A stretch of 64,000 bases of DNA from Callorhinchus milii (lineage: Eukaryota): positions 24,740,001 through 24,804,000 of the forward strand of contig NW_024704743.1 of the NCBI RefSeq assembly GCF_018977255.1, given 5' to 3'. The position numbers and the translations under genes are program-made. The notes beneath the pieces were generated by a model, which saw only the letters and a list, made by a program, of their open reading frames with translations, was not told the origin of the DNA and made no database searches. The number at the start of each line of letters is the position of its first letter. Positions within the stretch are counted from its first letter, which is position 1. Below, piece after piece: positions 48,201 through 57,200 of this stretch.

Positions 48201-51200
48201 TACATGTATCATTATAACGACTTGTATTTATATAGGCCTTTCATATGGGGTAGCGACCCGGAAAGCTTGACAGTGGTGGAATCTGACCTCGTGCCAGGGG
48301 GAGAGGGAGCAGGGAGGTGACCATAAACACGATAAAAAAGGAAGGTCTTTAGGCAGGATTTGAAAGTGGGGAGGGAAGGGGCAAGGCGGAGGGATTGAGG
48401 GAGAGAGTTCCAGAGCTTTGGGGCGTAGTGGCTGAAAGCACAGGTGCCGATGGTGGAGCGGAGGGGGCGAGGAGTAAACAGGAGACCAGAGTCGGTCAAG
48501 CAGAGGCAGCAAGCGGTGGAGTGGGAGGGTAAGCAAATCGGATAGGTAGGGAGGTGTGAGGGCATGAAGAGATTTGAAAACGAGTGAGAGGATCTTGAAG
48601 TCGATCCGTTCAGTAATTGGGAGCCAGTGAAGCCTGCCAAAGACTGGTTTATGGAGTCTTGTGCGGGTTAATATCCGGACGGTGGAATCTGAATTAATTG
48701 TATTTTGTGCATGGCGGAGCTGGGGAGACCAGCGAGGAGAGCACTGGAAAAGTCCAGCCGAGAAGTGACAAAGACACGATCGATCCTTTCGGCTGCTGTG
48801 GGTGTGAGGCATGGATGGAGGGGGGCAATGGGGCGGGGGTGGAAAAAAGCGGTCCTGGTCAATTAACAGATGTGGGGTCGAAAGGAAAGCTGGGGATCGA
48901 ACCCGACGCCTAAGTTGGGCATGGGTTCAGTAAGTCTGAGTCAGAGCCCGGGAAGGTTGAGGATGTCGGGCCTGCAGAAAAGAAGATGTTGATGGGAGCC
49001 AAAGTGTAATAGGAAGACTTCAATCTAGTTACTTGAAGTTGGACTTTATATTGCTAGAGCAGGATGTAATTCTTCTTACAAGATTTTATGCTTTACTTTT
49101 TTTTACAGAAATGGTATTAGAAGCAGTGTGTTTTCTCTCTAATAGATTTAATAACTGCTGATGAATGAGGAACCTAGTGTCAGCATATACTCTATTTGGA
49201 CTCGAGAGGGAGGAAGCCGAAAGAGACGAGGTAACATACTACCAGATGAGCCAATATGTGAGCACCAATGAAGCAATCTGAAGAACTTTGAGCTTCCACA
49301 TACATGATCAACATCCAGTGGTCCAAGATCTTCAGGTTCATCTTGAAAACGGTCAAAGGTTGTTTTTTACAGAAACGAATGTTCGGGAATGTTCACTTGA
49401 ACCTCCCAAAACTAGATTACTGCATTCTTCCAACAGGACTAGTTTGCAAGAATCGTTCTTTACTGTGAGGTCCCAAAGTATTTCACATGGAACTCCCAGA
49501 CCAAGAAGTGGAAGTGAAGAGTTCAAGGTACTCCGGCTGAAGGCAATCTTGGTGTCAAGTCCAGTGACACGCTCGCCAGGGTGTACAACCAGGGTGTACA
49601 GGGTGTATCCAAACAACTCTGAATGCTACTTCCTAAGGCTTTTGCTGCACACTGTGAGATACCCAACAAGCTATAAGGATCTTACCACCATTGATGGCGA
49701 AGTCTGTGATACATACCGAAAAGCATGCCAACGGGTACAGCTAGTTAAATATATTAACAGTTTTACAAACCTGAACTCCTGGAAGTCCCTGCTCTCCCTT
49801 TATTCCCTTCAATCCAATTATTCCTCTGGATCCCTAAAATTTAAAGAGACAGAAAATTAGAAGTTGTAAGCTATAAACGCTGGTACAGAGAGATGCCTGG
49901 AGACCACTAGTAATATTGTGATATGCCAGTGATTTCCTGCTGAGGTTCCAGGAGATATACTGAGAGCTCATGTTGTACAAATATGAATTTAATTGGAAAT
50001 CACCTGCTGCCCTCGAAATCCTCTGGGCCCGAAGGATCCTGAATCACCAGACTCTCCCTTTTCTCCCTAGACAAAAATAAACACTTGAACATTCATTTAC
50101 TGAATTAAGCTTTATGACAACAATTTACATTAAAAAAGTGTCTTTAACATCATGATGACTTTTCAAAATGATTCATACAGCAGATGCTTAGTGGGGGTGG
50201 GGGAGGAGCTGGGGAGAAGGGAAAGTGACCGCACAATCAAAAAGATACGCGTCAAAGTAATATAATTTCTTTCCTATGTTTTTGAACAGTATACGCTAGC
50301 TGGTATAGGACAGTATTTTAAAGAAATAATTAATTGAAATGAATATTAAGTTCAATGAGAGAAGGTGGTGCTGGAAATATATGGAAAGCATGTAAATTTG
50401 GATATTGACTAGCCAGAAAATGTAATACCATTTTGATGATGTGAGACAATAATGGGATCTCCATTAGGTCCGTTCCCACAAAGCTTGGCAATTTTATCAG
50501 AAGTGGAAAATAATCCAAGCCTCTTCCTTGAATCAGTCATACTTACAGAATCTTTCAGTGAATCTGATAATTTACTGTGTGGTAGTGTTAACAACGAAAT
50601 TTCCACATGTAAATGGCTTATATATGTTGAGCTCTTAGTCTGGTTTGATTACACTTAAGCATAAGCATGGTGATAGATTTCTACAAGTGTCAGATACTGA
50701 CCAAAACATCAATATGGACTCATGTAGAATTTGTTCCTTGGATGCAGATGCACTAGGTGAGTTCAAATAGTCCAAACTCCTTTCATCTTCTAGACACAGA
50801 CATTTCCTTGTGTAGGAGACAGTCTAATTTGAATCCCCTTAAGCATGATAATGAGTTTCCGCATGTGTCAGACACCCGGCTGGCCAAAAGAAATCCAGAA
50901 TATCTTCTTGTTGGATATGTTTCTGTCTTACTCAGCGGGCCCCATAATCAACTGCAGGCATTCAAGCCTATACTTGCAAACAATTCTGTATTTGCAACCA
51001 ATTGTAATCGGAGTCCTGTAGCTCAGTGGTTAGAGCACTCGCCTTGCAAGCGAGACATCTGGGTTTGATTCCAGGCAGAGCGAAACCTTGGGCAAGTTTC
51101 CTTACTCCACACGCCTAATAATAATCCCTCCAAAAACAAAACAATAATAAATTGGTCATTTTCAATCCACGACTGTTTGTGCTGTGCTCAGTTGGTTGCC

Positions 51201-54200
51201 GGGTTTCGCCCACAAATATACTGTTAATTCACTTCACAGCATATTCTGTGCAGCATATTCTAGAAGACATGAAAAGCGCTATATCAAATGCAAGGATTAT
51301 TATTATTATAATTCAAGTTGTATCAGTGCCAAAAGTGTCTGGTGCATAGAGTTAATCATTCTCAAAGGGTGTGCCCCCTGTGACATATGCAGAACTCGGT
51401 GATGGGGCAGAACTGGTGCTGACACATGTGTCAACTAGTCACACCTGTGTTCTGCCACATACCATTAGTGGATTGATGAAATGAAGGTGAGTTTAAATGT
51501 TAAGTAACATATGAAGGATAGTTTGTAGGTTTATGTTCTACATGAACATGAAACACTGACTATCAATGAAGTATCTGAATCCATCCATCATGAATGTCTA
51601 GAACTATTCCTAAAGAAAATTAAAGGCATTCATGCCTTCATGTTGGAGTATGAACCCTAACGTCTCTGTCACAAAAGTGTAGGCATTCATGAGAGATATT
51701 CCTTCTTTGCCTACTGTTTGTGCAAGTACTCCAGAGTAGTTACCAACAACAACAACTTGGATTTATATAGCGTCCTCCATGTCGGACGGCGTCTCAGAGC
51801 GCTTCCACAGTAACAGATCCCAGGGCTGAGCCGGGGGCAGGGGGAGGAAGGTGACCAAAGACGCGGTTGAAAAGAAAGATACCTGAAAATAGGAAGAGAG
51901 GGGGCGAGGCGAAGGGAGTGAGGAAGGGAGTTCCAGAGCCTCGGGGCTGAAGGCACGGCCGCCGAGGGTGGAGGACTCGGGGGACAAGGAGGAGGCCAGA
52001 CCCGGTGGAGCGAAGGCAATGGGCACTGTTGTGAGGAGAGAGGAGGTCAGAGAGGTAGGGAGATCAGAGGAGTGGACGGATTTGAATACAAGGGTGAGGA
52101 TCTTGAAATCAATCCTCTCTGGGACAGGCAGCCAGTGCAGATTGGCAAGGACTGGGGTAATCGGGAGCATAGTTTGGCGCAGGTAAGAATGGAGGAGGCA
52201 GAGTTTTGTATTGTTGCTTGTTCCCAATAATAGATATTAGGAGCTGCATTTCACTTGGGAGATGGCATAGTGCAACTAATTGGTAGATGACTCCTCACAA
52301 CTCGAGTATAACACGAGTGGCAAGTTACTTCTCCACATAGCTCTTCTAGAGTATTCAAGCACTCCGAGATGCTACCCTGTGTGAGCGATGCTATATAAAT
52401 GCAAGTTGTTATTGTTGTATTAGAAAGTATGTCTGAAAGTAAACCAACATTAACATCATCTCAGTTGGGACTGTCTGATGGTTTTCTATCCCATATCAGA
52501 TGATCCCTAATCACGAGTGCTTCACCCTCACAACAATACTTATGTCTCCCACATTGTACGCATCTAAGATGGTGCTTGCTTCATGAATGGGTGATAATGG
52601 ATGGTGCTCAGAATTCTGTCATTGTGGTAGGTACACCACTGTGTTTCCTCTTGTTCTATGAAGAGTGCAGATGGTATATTATAAGTATAAATGTACACAT
52701 ATTGATTTAAATATTGTATTTCATTTCTATACTGCTCTGACATAAGAGAGATACAGATAAAAAGACTCTTCAGCCCATTTGATTACATCCTTCCAGAATA
52801 ACCCCCTCCCCATCTCCCCCTCCCACCCGGGCTATTACCTATCCCTTCCTCCACACCTCTGCTCACTAAAAACACAAACCCAGATGCTCGAGCACAGATG
52901 GCAGAAATCCGGCCTCACTATTCACCGCCAGCTGCGGCTCGAGCACCTCTGCATCTACCGCCTCTCCCTTTCACAGGTCAAAACTGACTTTTACTCCAAA
53001 GTCATCCTGGAGGCAAACAACAATCCAAAGACGCTGTTTTACACTGTCCATTATCTCCTCCGTGCACGCCCTCAAGCCCCTTCTATCCTCACATCAAACA
53101 TCAAGTGCAAAGAGATCCTAGACTTCTTCGCCTCAAAGATTGAAAGTATCTGCTTGGCTGAGTTGTCCTCCCCCCCACCCCTTCCCCCATGTCCCATTCC
53201 ACCTCACCCAGACCATCCACACCACCTTCTCCCTCTGTCACGGCTCCTGCCACTCCCCCCTCTTTACACTCCTTTGCCCCATTTCTCCCTCCTCCCTTTC
53301 AACCACAATCACCCAGATGAATTTCTCCACCTGCTACCTCAACCCCCTCCTCACCCAGCTGCTGGTCACTCAACTCTCCCTTCTCTCCCCTGCTGTTGGC
53401 CGACATGGTCAACCAGTCTCTCTCTTCAGGCTCTGTTCCACTTCCCCTGAAAACTGTTGTTATCACACACCATCGGAGGTTGTGCTTTAAGCCACTATGA
53501 TCCGAAACTCTGGAACACTCTCCCTCAATCCCTCCACCTTGCCCCCCTCCACTTTTCCAGTCCTGCCTAAAAACCTTCCTCTTCGTCCGTGGCCACCTCC
53601 GCCCTCCCCCCATCTCCCCCCCCGGCTCGGAGTCAGGCTCTGCCACTGCTAAGTGCTCCGAGATGCTACCCTGTGAGAAGAGCGCTATATAAGTGCAAAT
53701 TGTGGTTTCAAATCCATTCACTCCCTGGCACCTCCCTACCTCTCTGACCTCTTCACTCTCCAATCCACTACCCGGTGCCTCCACTCGACTGGCACCGGCC
53801 TCCTGCTCGTCCCTTACACCCTCCACCCCACCATCGGAGGTCGCGCTTTCAGCCACTATGCCCCAAAACTCTGGAACACTCTCCCACAATCATTGTCCCC
53901 TCTCTCTTCCTCTTTAAAGTCCCGCCTGAAAACTTTCCTCTTCAACCGTGCTCAGGGCCATCTCCCCCTCCCCCTGGCTCAGAGTCAGGCTCTGCCACTG
54001 TTAAGCGCTCTGAGATGGTATCCTATATGGAGGCCGCTATATAACCTGCAAGATGTAGTTGTTTTAACTTGTCTTTTTCACCTTGACCTTGTGTTTTCTT
54101 AGCCTGCCTCCTTGGCACATCATAAAGTATTGTTCTGCATTTACTTTGAATTCCCATTAAGCATCTTACATCACTCTTTAATGTTTCTCTAAAGTTTTCT

Positions 54201-57200
54201 CCCCTGCCAAGACACAACTGGAATACATTACTTGTTTCAAGAGCTGTTAATTGCGTACACATGTTCTTCTACCATTCATAATGCAATTCAATATAAGAAA
54301 ACAAGATAAGAATAAGAAAGTTTCCTATGCTTGGTGTAGTTTCCACATTTCCATACATTTCAAAATTTCTCACCCAAAAATCTATAGTATTCCTTTTCAT
54401 AAAATGCTTATCCTTTCGATTTCGTCATCTAGCAAATGATGGATTCCAGCTGTGAGCGAGTTTCTCTCTTGGATGTAGAAGCAGTGGTGATCTCGGCCAT
54501 GGTAAATGTTCATTGTAGCACATTCGCTCTCCCATTTTAGCGCAATCATCGTGATTGTTATTTTTACAATTAGATACCTGTATATGCGTTTTCAGTGGAC
54601 CCTACAATCATTCTGCACCTTAGTTCTTCTCTTCAAGTCCTGGAATGTATTGTATATCTCGCAGCCTGGATTTTCAGTTTGTGAGACAGCATTGACTCAA
54701 GAGGTTACTTCCTGTCACACCAGTCACCACCTCTAAAAGTTGAGCTTGAAAGTGGGGGGGAGGAATGTGGGGCAAGAGGGAAAGAAAACCTCCCCCACCA
54801 GACAACATGCTGCCACTGCTCCAATACATTTGTAAAATGCATTGCTGTCAAAATTTAACAAACATTACAAGACAAATAGATCAACTCACCACTTCACCTA
54901 TAAATCCTCGTCGGCCCGTTCGCCCCTTGAAAAGGCAAATATTAAGATTTTATTTTTGGTCGAGTGGCAGAGAAAAAATGGTGGAATAGCAGTGAGTTTA
55001 CATTTAGATTTTAAGCAACATGTGAAGGATAGTTTGTATGTTTATAGATAAGAGACAAATCTAGTGACGGGAGAGAGGGGGAACTGATGACATCTGACTG
55101 AATTACAAGAACATTTCTTACATCATATCCAATACTACCAATATCGCCAGGTATACCACTGCTTCCAGAGTCACCCTGTGAAAGAAAAGAAAGGCTTAAT
55201 GTTATTTTGGTTTCATGTCATGGGTTTTTAAGTGGAACAGGGCAGCAACTCGAACATTCACATATATTCACGCAGCTTTCCCTGAAACAGACAAAAGATA
55301 ACTAATTTTATCTGTTTTCTTGGAACTATTTTATTAAGCTATTTTGGTATTATGTTCGCCGACTTGCACATTTATTTGGCTATATACATTCCTTTGCCAA
55401 TTGGCAAAGGAACAAACAAACAAGCTACTCTCTAAAACTTTTGTTTGAAATCATGGGATCTCAAGAGTTCCTATCCATTTCCCAAACTGATGATCCATTC
55501 AATAAAACATTTATGGACTTTCCAAGAAAAAAAACAAAGATATATATACAGTGTTTATTTTGTTTTCATTTCAGAAGCCTTGGGTTCGATTCGTGTACAG
55601 GGTGAAATGTTAGGCAAGTTTCCTTACTCCACATGCCTCTGTTTAACAAGTAGTAAGTAGGAACCCAGTTATTAGTTGATTCTCTGTGGGTAATAATCCC
55701 TTCAAAAAATAAATGATAATAATAATTTGGTCACTCAATCCATGACTGTTTTGTGGGAAACTGCTGTGCGCAATCGGCTGCCACATTTCACCCACAAAAT
55801 ATAAATTCAATTCACTTTGCAATATATTCTGTGAAGCGCTTTGAGACGCCTCAAAGACTTGATAAGGCATTATATCAAATGCAAGAATTATTATTATTTT
55901 TGATATGCAATTTATTTGGCATTTCTATGGGCTCTACTGCTTTGTTTTTGTTTCTCCATAGTTTTCAATCACCGAAATCTAATACCCTTTCAAACAACGA
56001 CAACAATTTGCACTTTTTTAACTTCACATATTTGGTGGAGAAAGCTAAGTATGGGTGCTAGCATTTAATGTGACCATGTCAGAGTTGTGGAAAAGATTGT
56101 AAGTATTCAGCCACATGATTACATTTCTATTAGAAGGTTCCCATTCATATTGGATACCGTGAAATGATTCAAGGTGTTCAGGGTAGACAGTTTATTACTA
56201 TAAAATAAATATTGGTGCATGACTGATGTTCCACAATTACAACATATCACACTATATTAAAGTGTTAATTATTTCACTACTAATATCAGGCTGTGTTCAG
56301 GTGGTAACTACTAATATACAATACCAAATTATATTTGTAAAGCGCCTTTCACATCGGGAGGACGTCCCAAGGAGCTGAACAGTCAGGGATTAGGACCTGA
56401 GTGGGGTTGTGGGTGTTGGGGGCAGAGAGGTTAGGAGGGTATAGTACTCATTGTTAATATCAGGATGTAAGAGTTGCACCCTGCTATTATTGGACAATAT
56501 ATATTCCCACTGTTAATATCTAGCTTTAAAGAGATGCTAGCTTCTAATTCCAGGATGGTAAAATTGTTCACAAGAGAGATCCAGATGAAGAAGGCATTTT
56601 CAGACCACTAACTCTCATCCTTCCAGGATATTGATCCTGTCTTCCCACCACAGGATCAACCTGTGTGTTTTTTTTAAACGAGTCAAATGTTGAGGAGTAT
56701 ACTTTTAAACTCCAGGAAGTCATTGTTTAATATGTTCGCTTATCTCCACCCTTCACTGCTGTTACTGGACTGCGTCCGTGCTCACTGCTAACAGGCTACA
56801 CAGCATTTCTCAATGCTCATAACATGCAATTTAGAGGTTCTCACAGATAATGTCAAGATTAAATTGCTCCTTGAAAATATTAAGCTGTATGGTAATGCTC
56901 TTTGCTAATATGCCATTGGAAGGTGCTCACAGATAATAGATGTTTGTGAGTAATCGTGTAGTTATGGGTGTGGTCGTGACCCCATCACACCCACCCTCGC
57001 CTGGTTCCACTGGCTTCCCATCCCTCAGAGGATCAAGTTCAATATCCTCGCCTTCAAAGTCTTCCACAGCCTTGCACCATCCTACCTCTCCAACCTGCTA
57101 ACCCCTTATCAACCTGTCTGCTCCCTCCGCTCAGCAGGCTCCGGCCTGCTCCACGTCCCCCACCCGGCTCGCCCTACCATTAGCGGTCAGACCTTCAGCT

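Noticed and set aside
50330..51005. Cluster of short ORFs on both strands in repeat-poor intronic sequence
   Set aside because: No recognisable motif, multiple stops and no exon structure; could be an old unclassified element. BLASTX would settle it.
54023..54262. ORF with a GQGEK collagen-like snippet
   Set aside because: No sustained Gly periodicity or convincing splice pair.
934..55897. Recurring near-identical segments that could suggest a CRISPR-like array
   Set aside because: They are dispersed SINE and LINE tails in eukaryotic DNA, with no regular repeat-spacer period and no cas genes.
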